DNA of 59,440 nucleotides, the filler included. It is 4 parts of 4 records of this genome, joined end to end, with 100 filler letters (N's around TTAATTAATTAA, not from the genome) between each part and the next. Parts side by side here need not be neighbours in the genome. Positions count along the whole stretch, not along the records: positions 1 to 18,554 come from SRR20825019_989; positions 18,655 to 24,866 come from SRR20825019_996; 2 more parts are not named here. One strand, written 5' to 3'. Each line of letters starts with the position of its first letter. Position 1 is the first letter of the stretch. Of the stretch, positions 9,053 through 18,759 are shown piece after piece. Position numbers and translations under genes: made by a program. The notes under the pieces were generated by a model. That model had not been told where the DNA came from, did not search any database, and worked only from the letters and a program-made list of their open reading frames with translations.

Positions 9053-11374
9053 TCAGTTCCTTAAAGGTTTTCCGGTTTCGACGACGCTTTCAAAACGAGC
9101 CAGTGTCTTCGTGGTTTTGACCAGCCGCATGAAGCTTTCATGCTCCAGCTCCATGATCGCGTCCTCATCCATCTTGTCGAAAATATCAGTGTTTCCGCCG
9201 GAAAGAACGGTCGCCAGTTCACCTGCCACCGTCAGATCATGCGGGGTGGCAATGCCGCGCCGGGCAAAGCCTTCGGCTGCCATTTGAAAGGCAACCTTGC
9301 CTGCCGGTCCCGGCAGTACGATCTCCTCCGGCTCCGGCGGCTGATAACCGTCGACCATCGAAAGCGCTTTTGCTTTCGCATCTGCCAGCAGACGATAGCG
9401 GTTCATCGTCACTGCATCGTCCTTTTTCAGGAACATCAGCTCACGCGCTTCTTCCGCCGATTTGGCAACCGTTGCCGTCGAGATCATCTCGAAAACCTTT
9501 GAAGCCGCAGGCATCGGGCCGTTTGGCAGCTTGCCGCTTTTTTGCCAGCGGGTCAGCATTTCCTTGCACCCGCCCCATGCAGGCACCAGACCGACGCCGC
9601 ATTCGACAAGACCAATATAGCTTTCGGCATGGGCCTGAACCGCATCGACATGCAGCAGCACTTCGCAACCACCACCAAGCGCCATACCGGATGGCGCAGC
9701 CACGACCGGGAACGGGGCGTACTTCATTTTCTTGTAGGTGCTTTGTCCGCTGGAAACCAGCTTCTCGATTTCACCCCAGGCGGCAATGTTGGCCACGAAA
9801 AGCGCCAGCCCCAGATTGGCTCCGACGGAGAAATTCGTGCCTTCATTATAGATTACCAGCGCCTTGTATTTGCGTTTCACAAGCCCAAGGGTCTTGTCGA
9901 GCAGATCCATGATCTGGTCGTCCATGGCGTTAGCCTTGGAGATGAACTCGAAGCAAAGCACATCATCGCCGATATCCCACACGGCAGCCGAGCCATTTTT
10001 CAGAAGCGGTTTTTGCGTGCGCTTGAAGTCCTCAAGCATGATAACGCCTTCGGGACGCGCGATATCACGATAAGAGCCATCGGGTTGCAACGCCTGACGA
10101 CGGCCATCTTCAATACGGTAGAAGGTCTTGCCACCAAGCTCTTTCAGAAGCTCCGGCACGACGATGCCCCGTTCGCGCATCTTGGCAACCAGCCACTCAC
10201 CACCGATCATATCGATCAGCTCAAACGGCCCCCAACGCCAGTTATAGCCAAGGCGCATGACCTCATCGATTGAAGCGATATCATCGGCAGCGTCGCCCAC
10301 CAGGCGCGCTGCGTAGGCAAGTGTATTGGTCATAACGCCAAGGGCATACCGCCCCATCGGACCATCCATTTCCAGAACCTGACGTGGTTTTTTTGCCGCC
10401 TTCAACTTTGGATCATCCGGCTTGACCGAAAGCCGGTATTCGCCGGTTTCAAGGTCAATGCCTTCCTTGATCTTCTGGCCGTTTTCCCGCTTCAGACGGT
10501 AGAATCCGCCTTTACCCTTGCGGCCGGTATAGCCATCTTCGATCATCCTGTTGACGAGCGGAAGGTCTCTGCTGGTCTCATGGAACAGATCGCCTTCCGG
10601 CAATGTGCTTTTCAGGCTGGCGCCGATATGTGGCATCAGATCCAGACCAACCAGATCGATAAGGCCGAAAATACCGGTTTTGGGGATACCGAAGGGTTTG
10701 CCCATCACGGCATCGGCCTCTTCAACTGTCAGCCCTTCTTCCAGCGCTTTCAAAACGCCGAGCTGAATCCATGTCGTGCCGAGACGATTGGCGACAAAAC
10801 CGGGACGATCATTGCAATGCACAACACTCTTGCCGAGCTTGCGGTCGGCAAAGTCTTCCACGATACCGGCCAGCGCTGTATCTGTTTTTGCACCAAGAAC
10901 CAGTTCCATCAGCCGCATATAACGCGGTGGATTGAAGAAGTGGGTGATCATGAAATCCCGCTGAAAGCTCTCCGGCATCCCATCGACCAGCTTTTCAAGC
11001 GGTATGGTCGATGTGTTGGACGAAATCGCCGTACCGGGCTTTCTCACCGCATCAATCTTGCGGTAGAGCGCCTGCTTCACATCCAGCTTTTCAAGCACGA
11101 CTTCGACAATCCAGTCGACATCGGCAAGCTTTCCGAGGTCGTCTTCAATATTGCCGGTCTCGACCAGTTTTGCCGCCCGCTTTGACATGAACGGTGCGGG
11201 ATCGGTCTTCATCATTTTCTGCAACGCGGTGTCGGCGATAGTATTCCGGTTTTCCGCCCCTTCCGGCACAATATCCAGAAGCAGCACGGAATGACCGGCA
11301 TTGGCGACCTGGGCGGCGATGCCGGACCCCATGACGCCGGCGCCGATAACCGCGACCTTGTTGATCTTGCTCAT
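9053..11374 (-). CDS. 3-hydroxyacyl-CoA dehydrogenase / enoyl-CoA hydratase (FadN-type, dehydrogenase first)
   Basis: VAVIGAGVMGSGIA, SSNTST, HFFNPPRYM, then a crotonase domain (FSVGANL, ALGGGCE, GLVECGVGLVP) ending GKPLRN. Start ATG 11374 overlaps the thiolase stop (TGATG). Confidence 0.93.
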   Translation of the reverse strand: MSKINKVAVIGAGVMGSGIAAQVANAGHSVLLLDIVPEGAENRNTIADTALQKMMKTDPAPFMSKRAAKLVETGNIEDDLGKLADVDWIVEVVLEKLDVKQALYRKIDAVRKPGTAISSNTSTIPLEKLVDGMPESFQRDFMITHFFNPPRYMRLMELVLGAKTDTALAGIVEDFADRKLGKSVVHCNDRPGFVANRLGTTWIQLGVLKALEEGLTVEEADAVMGKPFGIPKTGIFGLIDLVGLDLMPHIGASLKSTLPEGDLFHETSRDLPLVNRMIEDGYTGRKGKGGFYRLKRENGQKIKEGIDLETGEYRLSVKPDDPKLKAAKKPRQVLEMDGPMGRYALGVMTNTLAYAARLVGDAADDIASIDEVMRLGYNWRWGPFELIDMIGGEWLVAKMRERGIVVPELLKELGGKTFYRIEDGRRQALQPDGSYRDIARPEGVIMLEDFKRTQKPLLKNGSAAVWDIGDDVLCFEFISKANAMDDQIMDLLDKTLGLVKRKYKALVIYNEGTNFSVGANLGLALFVANIAAWGEIEKLVSSGQSTYKKMKYAPFPVVAAPSGMALGGGCEVLLHVDAVQAHAESYIGLVECGVGLVPAWGGCKEMLTRWQKSGKLPNGPMPAASKVFEMISTATVAKSAEEARELMFLKKDDAVTMNRYRLLADAKAKALSMVDGYQPPEPEEIVLPGPAGKVAFQMAAEGFARRGIATPHDLTVAGELATVLSGGNTDIFDKMDEDAIMELEHESFMRLVKTTKTLARFESVVETGKPLRN

Positions 11375-12510
11375 CAGACACGCTCCAGAATGGTTGCAAT
11401 GCCCTGCCCGCCGCCGATGCACTGCGTGGCAAGTGCGTAACGGCCACCTTCACGCTGCAACAAAGACGCAGCCTTGCCGACAATGCGTGCGCCGGTAGCG
11501 CCCAGCGGATGACCGAGCGCAATAGCCCCGCCATCGAGATTGACATTGTCGAGACCAAGTCCAAGTTCACGCATGCAGGCAATCGACTGACTGGCAAAGG
11601 CTTCGTTGAGTTCCACGACATCAATCGCGCCGATTTCAAGACCGGCACGGGCCAGAGCTTTCTTCGTTGCGCCAACGGGACCAATGCCCATGATTTCCGG
11701 TGCGCAGCCGGAAATACCGACGGAGGTGAGACGCGCAAGCGGCGTAAGTCCATGCTTTTCAGCATAGGCTTCCGAGCAGACCAGAACCGCCGACGCACCG
11801 TCTGTCAGCGGTGAGGACGTACCCGCCGTCACCGTACCATCTTCGGAAAAGGCCGGTTTCAGGCCAGCCAGCACCTCGGCCGTGGTTTCCGGGCGAATGC
11901 AGCCATCCGTGCTGACAGCCGTGCCGTTGACCCTGATCGGGATGATTTCATCAGAGAACTTGCCGGAATCGCGCGCAGCAGTCGCTTTTTCCTGGCTTTT
12001 GGCCGCAAAGCTTTCCTGCTCGTCACGCGAAATCTGCCATTTGGACGCAACGTTTTCCGCCGTGTCACCCATGCCAATATAAGCACCCGGAATTTTGGCA
12101 TGAAGGCCCGGATTGGGCAGCGGGTTATAGCCCATCATCGGCACCCGGCTCATGCTTTCAATGCCGGCGCAGACGAAGACTTCTCCCGCACCAAGCTGGA
12201 TCTGGCCTGCAGCCATATGCACCGATTGCATCGACGAACCGCAAAAACGGTTGACCGTGACACCGCCGACCGATTGCGGCAGGCCAGCAAGAAGAACAAC
12301 GAGGCGGGCGAGATTAAGCCCCTGCTCCGCTTCAGGGAATGCGCAACCGAGGATCAGATCCTCGATATCGTCCGGATTGACACCGGATTGCTCCACCAGC
12401 CCACTGACGACCTGAGCAGCGAGATCATCCGGGCGCACCCGTTTAAGATCACCCTTGTGTGCAAGTGAAAAAGGCGAGCGCTTATAGCCCGCGATGACGA
12501 CATTCGTCAT
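11374..12510 (-). CDS. Acetyl-CoA C-acyltransferase (thiolase)
   Basis: VNRFCGSSMQ, NEAFA, GHPLGATG and CIGGGQG catalytic motifs. Start ATG 12510 follows GGGAGG. Confidence 0.95.
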   Translation of the reverse strand: MTNVVIAGYKRSPFSLAHKGDLKRVRPDDLAAQVVSGLVEQSGVNPDDIEDLILGCAFPEAEQGLNLARLVVLLAGLPQSVGGVTVNRFCGSSMQSVHMAAGQIQLGAGEVFVCAGIESMSRVPMMGYNPLPNPGLHAKIPGAYIGMGDTAENVASKWQISRDEQESFAAKSQEKATAARDSGKFSDEIIPIRVNGTAVSTDGCIRPETTAEVLAGLKPAFSEDGTVTAGTSSPLTDGASAVLVCSEAYAEKHGLTPLARLTSVGISGCAPEIMGIGPVGATKKALARAGLEIGAIDVVELNEAFASQSIACMRELGLGLDNVNLDGGAIALGHPLGATGARIVGKAASLLQREGGRYALATQCIGGGQGIATILERV

Positions 12511-12619
12511 GGCATCCTCCCGAAAACCTGAATACTGTTGATGAAAAAAGGCATGCGACAGCACGCGCCCGTCACGACTGTGGCGGCCCGTCCATACCTT
12601 TGATAGCGAATAATATGGT

Positions 12620-13015
12620 CTAGCTGGCGAGCTTGTCGGTCTTGTGCGAGAGGCGCTCCTCGGCCTCGCGCTCGACATTCTTCAGCTCTGTCAGTGTCAG
12701 TTCGAGCGCTTCTTTCTGCTCTTTCAGCATGGTCACGCGTTCGCGTACTGCTTTCAGCAGGGCCGTCAACTGCTCCTGCTGGGTGCGGTCTATCTCGTAA
12801 AGATCGAGGAAATTCTTGATTTCCTGAAGCGAGAAGCCAAGTCGCTTGCCACGCAGAATGAGGATCAGACGCGCCCGGTCGCGTTGCGTGTAAATGCGTG
12901 TCTTGCCGGCGCGACCGGGACTGATAAGCCCCTTGGTCTCGTAAAACCGCACGGCTCGCGGTGTCAGCCCTAGCTCTTCGGCAAGCTGGGTTACGGTGAA
13001 GAACTGGTCCGTCAC
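12620..13015 (-). CDS. MerR-family regulator, LiuR-like
   Basis: FTVTQLAEELGLTPRAVRFYETKGLISP.R.G..RIY...DRARL.LILRGKRLGFSLQEI matches LiuR-type MerR proteins. Probable GTG start at 13015 (alternative 13048). Confidence 0.85.
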   Translation of the reverse strand: MTDQFFTVTQLAEELGLTPRAVRFYETKGLISPGRAGKTRIYTQRDRARLILILRGKRLGFSLQEIKNFLDLYEIDRTQQEQLTALLKAVRERVTMLKEQKEALELTLTELKNVEREAEERLSHKTDKLAS

Positions 13016-13075
13016 TGGAAACCTTCTTTTTTTCGAACGGCTTACCATAACGGTCTCCTGCCCTATGCGTCAACA

Positions 13076-14845
13076 TCAAGACGTGCCTCCCTGTTCATCA
13101 GCCGGCCCGGCTGTGTGATGGGAAGCGCGCCTTTCCTCTTCAATCAAATCCTTCTTGGACAGCTTGCCGATCATCGTTTTCGGTAAGCTGTCACGGATTT
13201 CAATTTCACGCGGCAGTTCTATTTTCGAAAGTCGCGGCACCAGAAACGTATGAAGCTCATCGATCGAAGCATTCGCCCCTTCCCGCAAGGTTATAAAGGC
13301 CTTCGGTGCTTCACCGCGATATTCATCGCGCACACCGATGACGATCACCTCGGCGATGGCCTCATGTTCGTAAAGCGCTTCCTCGATCACACGAGGGTAG
13401 ACGTTGTAGCCCGAGCAAATGATCATATCCTTCAGACGATCCACCAGAAACAGGTAGCCGTCCTCGTCAATATAACCGACATCCCCGGTTCTCAGAGCAC
13501 CATCACGCAGTACGTTTGCCGTTTCATCCGGTCTGTTCCAGTATCCGGACATGACCTGCGGTCCACGCACCCAAAGCTCACCTTTCACGCCTTTCGGCAG
13601 CAAGATGGCCGGGTTTTCCGAATCGCGGATCTCCAGAATGGTTCCGGGCACAGGCAGGCCCGCAGAGCCATCACGCGCGGCGGCGGAATCAAAGGGATTG
13701 ACGGACACCACCGGCGAGCACTCGGTCAAACCATAACCTTCCGACAGCCTGCAGCCGGTCAACGCCTCAAAATCCGATCGCACCTCCAGCGGCAATGGCG
13801 CACCGCCGGAAAGGCAGATTTTGAGCGACTCCAGATGCAGTTTACGGGTTTCGGCGACCGCATTGATGGCCCCATAGATGGTCGGCACAGCAGGAAACAG
13901 CGTGGGTTTGCGCTTCTCCATCAGTGTGATGAGTTCTTCCTTGTTAAAGCGCGGCACCAGAATAATGGCAGCACCGATCTCAATGGCGAACAGCATACAG
14001 ACCGTCATCGCGAAGACATGGAAAAACGGCAGAACCCCGACGATACTCTCTTCGCCCTCGACCAGAACCTCACAACCCGGCTGCGCCAGAATCTGACGAA
14101 CATTGGCAACGAGAGCGTGATGGGAAAGCATCGCGCCTTTGGACACGCCCGTCGTACCGCCTGTATATTGCAGAACGGCGACATCTTCAGGCTCAATCGG
14201 CACATTCAATGCTGCGGCACCGTCCCCACGCTTCAACAGGGCGTCGTAGCCGATATGCCTGCCATCATCGGGTATATCCGCGCGCTCGCTCCCCTTCAAA
14301 ACCTTGAACAACAGGCCCTTGGCCGCAGGCAGGGCATCCGCCATCGGGCAGACTATCACCCGCTGCAGACCGCTTTCAGCAACGATCGGACCAAGCCCCT
14401 TATAGACCGCCTTCAGATCAAGCGTGACCATGAACTCGGTTCCGGAATCCGCGATCTGGGCGGCCAGCTCGCGACTTGTATAAAGCGGGTTGTAGTTAAC
14501 GACGATACCGCCAGCTTTCAGCACAGCGAAAAAGGAAATCACCGCATAGGGTGAATTCGGCAGGCAAAGGCCAACACGCGTACCCTTCTTGACACCAGTC
14601 GCGACAAGGCCCGCCGCCATCCGATCAACCAGATCTCCGATTTCCCGGTACGTCCACGTTCGGCCAAAAAATTCGACTGCAACTTTGTCAGGAAACCGGT
14701 CAACCGCGCCCACCAGAAAATCCGGCAGCGTCGGTAATACCTCATCTGTATTGAACGGGCGAAAACCGCGCGTGCCTGCACACGCCGAACCGGCTTTGGA
14801 TAAGGCAGCTTCAGCTGCCGATTGCGAATGGGCATTCTGTTTCAC
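13076..14845 (-). CDS. fadD: Long-chain-fatty-acid--CoA ligase
   Basis: LQYTGGTTGVSKGAML, EGYGLTECSP, GELWVRGPQVMSGYW, TGD and LPKTMIGK. GTG start follows GAGGAGG. Confidence 0.9.
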   Translation of the reverse strand: MKQNAHSQSAAEAALSKAGSACAGTRGFRPFNTDEVLPTLPDFLVGAVDRFPDKVAVEFFGRTWTYREIGDLVDRMAAGLVATGVKKGTRVGLCLPNSPYAVISFFAVLKAGGIVVNYNPLYTSRELAAQIADSGTEFMVTLDLKAVYKGLGPIVAESGLQRVIVCPMADALPAAKGLLFKVLKGSERADIPDDGRHIGYDALLKRGDGAAALNVPIEPEDVAVLQYTGGTTGVSKGAMLSHHALVANVRQILAQPGCEVLVEGEESIVGVLPFFHVFAMTVCMLFAIEIGAAIILVPRFNKEELITLMEKRKPTLFPAVPTIYGAINAVAETRKLHLESLKICLSGGAPLPLEVRSDFEALTGCRLSEGYGLTECSPVVSVNPFDSAAARDGSAGLPVPGTILEIRDSENPAILLPKGVKGELWVRGPQVMSGYWNRPDETANVLRDGALRTGDVGYIDEDGYLFLVDRLKDMIICSGYNVYPRVIEEALYEHEAIAEVIVIGVRDEYRGEAPKAFITLREGANASIDELHTFLVPRLSKIELPREIEIRDSLPKTMIGKLSKKDLIEEERRASHHTAGPADEQGGTS

Positions 14846-14926
14846 GTCGGTTCCTCCTCACCGGCACCCCTCCTCAAAGGTGATACTCCGGCAGTTTTTA
14901 CTGGACATGACCAATAGGGTCCATGA

Positions 14927-14942
14927 TATACGTATACGTCAC
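14927..14942. promoter_or_regulatory. LiuR-type binding site in the fadD/thioesterase divergent promoter
   Basis: TATACGTATACGTCAC contains the TACGT-AT-ACGTC(A) dyad, about 85 nt upstream of both divergent starts. Confidence 0.72.
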
Positions 14943-15027
14943 ATTCTTTCAAGAGAAATTGTTGACTGGTGTCAAGATCAATATGAAAAACGCCAACAAT
15001 TCAGATTAAACAAAGGCTTATAATGCC

Positions 15028-15615
15028 ATGTATGTTTGGGTACGACTGTTCAAGACCCTGTTCAAAGCCAGATTTTCGTCACATCTTCGACCTCCGGGCG
15101 ACATTTCGGAAATTGATATGCGGGTCTGGCCACATGATCTGGATCTCAACCTACACGTGAATAATGGCCGTTATCTGACGTTAATGGATGTTGGCCGCAT
15201 GGACCTTCTGTTCCGTTCCGGACTCGGGCAGCACATGCGGCAAAAGAAGTGGCAGCCAGTCCTGACCGGGCTGAATGCGCGCTATCGAAGGCCACTCGGT
15301 GTCTTCCAGCGTTTTCGCATGGAAACCGAAGTCGTAGGGTGGACTGAAAAGTCCCTGTTCATGGAACACCGGATCATCCCGCTTTCCGGCCGCAGCAAAG
15401 GCGAGATCGCCGTAACTGCCGTGGTGCGCGCAGTCATGCTTAAACCTTTCGGCGAAAAAGTGACGACCGCGGAACTCTTTGCTCCGCTCGGAGAGCTGTC
15501 CGAAAGTCCGCCACTGCCGGAAAACTGCACAATACTGTTATCGCCGGACGAACGCGCGGCATTGGCCGCAAAGGCCGACAAAATGCGTTCTCCCAGGTCT
15601 CTGGCCGGAGAATAG
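15028..15615 (+). CDS. Hot-dog-fold acyl-CoA thioesterase (4HBT/THEM6-like)
   Basis: RVWPHDLDLNLHVNNGRYLTLMDVGR motif. Confidence 0.88.
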   Translation: MYVWVRLFKTLFKARFSSHLRPPGDISEIDMRVWPHDLDLNLHVNNGRYLTLMDVGRMDLLFRSGLGQHMRQKKWQPVLTGLNARYRRPLGVFQRFRMETEVVGWTEKSLFMEHRIIPLSGRSKGEIAVTAVVRAVMLKPFGEKVTTAELFAPLGELSESPPLPENCTILLSPDERAALAAKADKMRSPRSLAGE

Positions 15616-15648
15616 ACGCTGAAACAGCAGCATTGAGGAGGAGTATAT

Positions 15649-16581
15649 ATGTCCATTTCAGAGGCTTTCGCCGACCGGTTGAAACTGCCCGTCATTGCCG
15701 CACCGATGTTTCTGGCGTCAGGCCCGGACCTTGTGGTCGAGTGTTGCAGAGCGGGCGTTTGCGGCACGTTTCCGGCACTGAACCAGCGCACAAGCATGGG
15801 CTATGCAGCCTGGCTGGATGAGATCGAGACGCGCCTGGCCGAATGTGACACGGCAGCCCCCTTCGGCATCAACCTGATCGTTCACAAGACAAACACCCGC
15901 CTGGCGGCAGATCTGGAGCTGACGGTTGCGCACCAGGTTCCGCTGGTTATCACATCACTCGGGGCGGTGAAGGATGTGGTTGATGCCGTTCATTCCTATG
16001 GGGGGCTGGTTTTCCACGACGTTACCACCCGTCGCCATGCGGAAAAGGCAATCGAGGCGGGCGCAGATGGCATTATTGCCGTTTGCGCCGGCGCTGGCGG
16101 TCACGCCGGAACTTTAAGCCCGTTTGCACTGGTGAGTGAAATCCGGACGATCTTTGACGGGCCGGTGGTCTTATCCGGGGCGATTTCAACCGGTGCGCAT
16201 ATTGCTTCCGCCCGCGCTCTGGGAGCCGATTTTGCCTACCTCGGAACACGGTTTCTGGCGACACAGGAAGCGATGGTTTCCCAAGCTTATAAACAGATGG
16301 TCACCAGAGGCCGAGCCGCCGATATTCTTTACACGCCCTGCATATCAGGCGTACCGGCAAATTTTCTCAAACCCAGCATCCTCGCAGCCGGGCTAGATCC
16401 CGATAACCTTCCCGACCATGGCAAGATGGATCTGGGCTCGGAGGCCAAGGCCTGGAAAACCGTCTGGTCGGCAGGTCAGGGTGTCGGTTCTGTAGACGAT
16501 ATCCCCTCGGCTTCCGAACTCATTGCCCGGCTGGAGCGGGAATATCGCGAGACCTGCTGCAGGCTTGGCCGGGACCAGTAA
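15649..16581 (+). CDS. Nitronate monooxygenase / 2-nitropropane dioxygenase family flavoprotein
   Basis: PVIAAPMFLAS, GAGGHAG, GADFAYLGTRF and WSAGQG. Confidence 0.9.
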   Translation: MSISEAFADRLKLPVIAAPMFLASGPDLVVECCRAGVCGTFPALNQRTSMGYAAWLDEIETRLAECDTAAPFGINLIVHKTNTRLAADLELTVAHQVPLVITSLGAVKDVVDAVHSYGGLVFHDVTTRRHAEKAIEAGADGIIAVCAGAGGHAGTLSPFALVSEIRTIFDGPVVLSGAISTGAHIASARALGADFAYLGTRFLATQEAMVSQAYKQMVTRGRAADILYTPCISGVPANFLKPSILAAGLDPDNLPDHGKMDLGSEAKAWKTVWSAGQGVGSVDDIPSASELIARLEREYRETCCRLGRDQ

Positions 16582-16653
16582 AAACCGTCATACGGGCGGC
16601 AGACACCAAATCCGGCGATGGAAACCGCTGTGATCCCTGAAGGGCGACAAGCT

Positions 16654-17214
16654 TCACAGCTTTACTTCAGCCGCCATTTCAGCCACGCCGGTTGTCAGCA
16701 ACGAAAGCGCGAAAGGCGCAAAGGAGTGCCACATATCCATGGAAAAATGATCTGGCGCGTCACGGCGAATGACGACGGAAACACCATCAAACACAGTGCG
16801 TCTTCCTTCACCGTCCGCGATCGTTTCAGGATCACGCGGGCAGCCAAGTGTCAGAAGTTCGCCAGCCTTTTCGCCTGTAATTTCCACCGTGATCTCACGA
16901 CCGGAAATATCCACGAGGCTGTGTGGATGATCGCCATAAATGGCCGCACAGACGGAAAGAACCGAGACTGCATCATCTTCTATCGTCAGTAGCAGCCACT
17001 CATCCGGGCCAAGGCAAAGCGCCTCGCATGTTTCAGATCGGCTGCGTTTCCCGATCTGTTCCGGCAAATGAAGCCCGAGCGCTTCCCCCAGAGGTGCGAT
17101 GGCCGTTGCCCGTGCACGCAGGTTCAGGCGTGCGCAAGGTTCAGTGATGGAAATCTGCACCAGATTATTTCCGGCGACCGTTCCGGGTGTGATTTCAGAC
17201 GGTATGGCGTTCAT
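16654..17214 (-). CDS. soxG: Sarcosine oxidase gamma subunit
   Basis: ALCLGPDEWLL, SLVDIS and LTLGCPRD. Directly downstream of soxA; ATG 17214 follows GGAGG. Confidence 0.85.
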   Translation of the reverse strand: MNAIPSEITPGTVAGNNLVQISITEPCARLNLRARATAIAPLGEALGLHLPEQIGKRSRSETCEALCLGPDEWLLLTIEDDAVSVLSVCAAIYGDHPHSLVDISGREITVEITGEKAGELLTLGCPRDPETIADGEGRRTVFDGVSVVIRRDAPDHFSMDMWHSFAPFALSLLTTGVAEMAAEVKL

Positions 17215-17215
17215 G

Positions 17216-18554
17216 TCAGCCTCCGATCGCGATTTTGAGACGGGTGTTGTCCGGATCGTAGAACACCGTTGCGGTGATCTTTGCCGCAATGGTGCGATCC
17301 GGCATCGGAATGTGAACGATCTCACCCATACGCTCATGACCACCTTCGACCAAAGCCAGCGCAATCGGCCGACCGGCGGCATCGGAGTGATAGGATGAGG
17401 TCACATGACCGGCCATTTTCATTGGAACCGGCTGGCTGGGATCAAAGACGATCTGCGCCCCTTCTTCCAGCTTCGAGTAATCCTCGGTCAAAAGCCCGAC
17501 AAGCTGCTTGCGGTTTTTTGCCACAAGGTCCGGGCGTGCGAGGCCGCGCATCCCCACAAAATCGGTTTTTTTCTTGGGAACGGCCCAGCCTTGCCCGGCA
17601 TCGTAAGGCGTCACCGTACCATCGGTATCCTGTCCAACGATAATGAACCCCTTTTCCGCGCGCAGCACATGCATTGTTTCTGTGCCGTAGGGCAAGATGT
17701 CGTATTTTTCGCCCTCGCGGATCAGAATGTCCCAAAGTTTTCGTCCCATCGGTGTCGGCACATTCACCTCGAAGCCGACTTCACCTGTAAATGAGACCCG
17801 GAAAAGACGTGCAGGCATACCGGCGACTGTGCATTCGATGCAGGACATGTGCGGGAAGCTTTCGTCGCTTAATTCCACGCCTTCAACCAATGGCGCTAGC
17901 AGGCGCCCGGCATTGGGGCCGTTCAACGCAACCGTTGCCCACTGCTCCGTGGTGGAGGTCAGCCAGACATTGAGGTCCGTCCACTCGGTCTGGAGATAAT
18001 CCTCCATCATATTGAGAACACGCGCCGCGCCACCGGTGGTGGTGGTCACATGAAAGCGGTCTTCGCTGATACGACCGATCACACCGTCATCACGAATATA
18101 GCCATCATCGCCCAAAAGAAGGCCGTAGCGGCAGCGTCCGGGCTGAAGCTTGCTCCATGGATTGGTGTACATGCGATTCATGAATTCCACCGCATCCGGG
18201 CCAACGACTTCGATCTTGCCAAGCGTTGAGGCGTCGAAAATGCCAAGGCTTTTACGCACGGCCCGGCATTCCCGACTGACAGCCGCGTCCATGTCCTCAC
18301 CGTTTTTCGGGAAGTATCGCGCCCGCCGCCACTGGCCGACAGGCTCGAACACAGCACCGTTGGCTTCGGCCCAGCCATCGATACCGGTTTTGCGGATGAC
18401 CTCGAAATGGGTGCCGCGATGATATCCGGCGAAGGCACCGAAGGTCGTTGGCGTGTAAGGCGGACGGAAGGTGGTCAACCCCACCACCGGCGGGCGCTTG
18501 CCAAGCGCGTCGGCGGCGATATTGAGGCCGTTGATGTTGGACATCTTGCCCTGA
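17216..18554 (-). CDS. soxA: Sarcosine oxidase alpha subunit, C-terminal GcvT-like part (truncated by contig end)
   Basis: GKMSNING, TTFRPPYTP, VGQWRRARYF, DASTLGKIEVVGPDA, TTTTGGA, SFTGEVGFE and HVLRAEKGFIIVGQDTDG. Confidence 0.92.
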
Positions 18555-18654
18555 NNNNNNNNNNNNNNNNNNNNNNNNNNNNNNNNNNNNNNNNNNNNTT
18601 AATTAATTAANNNNNNNNNNNNNNNNNNNNNNNNNNNNNNNNNNNNNNNNNNNN
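18555..18654. other. Artificial contig spacer
   Basis: N44-TTAATTAATTAA-N44, which places stop codons in all six frames. Confidence 0.98.
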
Positions 18655-18759
18655 AAAACCAATATATATTAGTGTATTCGTGGCATATAATAAGTTTTTA
18701 AAAGCTGAAGCGGATGTAATAAACGCATAGTTTCGACTAAATTTGAAACCAATGAATAA

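Noticed and set aside
421-14554. Long antisense ORFs (421-1125, 2395-3321, 9542-10273, 10580-11185, 13250-14554)
   Set aside because: They are shadows of well-supported genes in GC-rich codon-biased DNA and carry no recognisable motifs.
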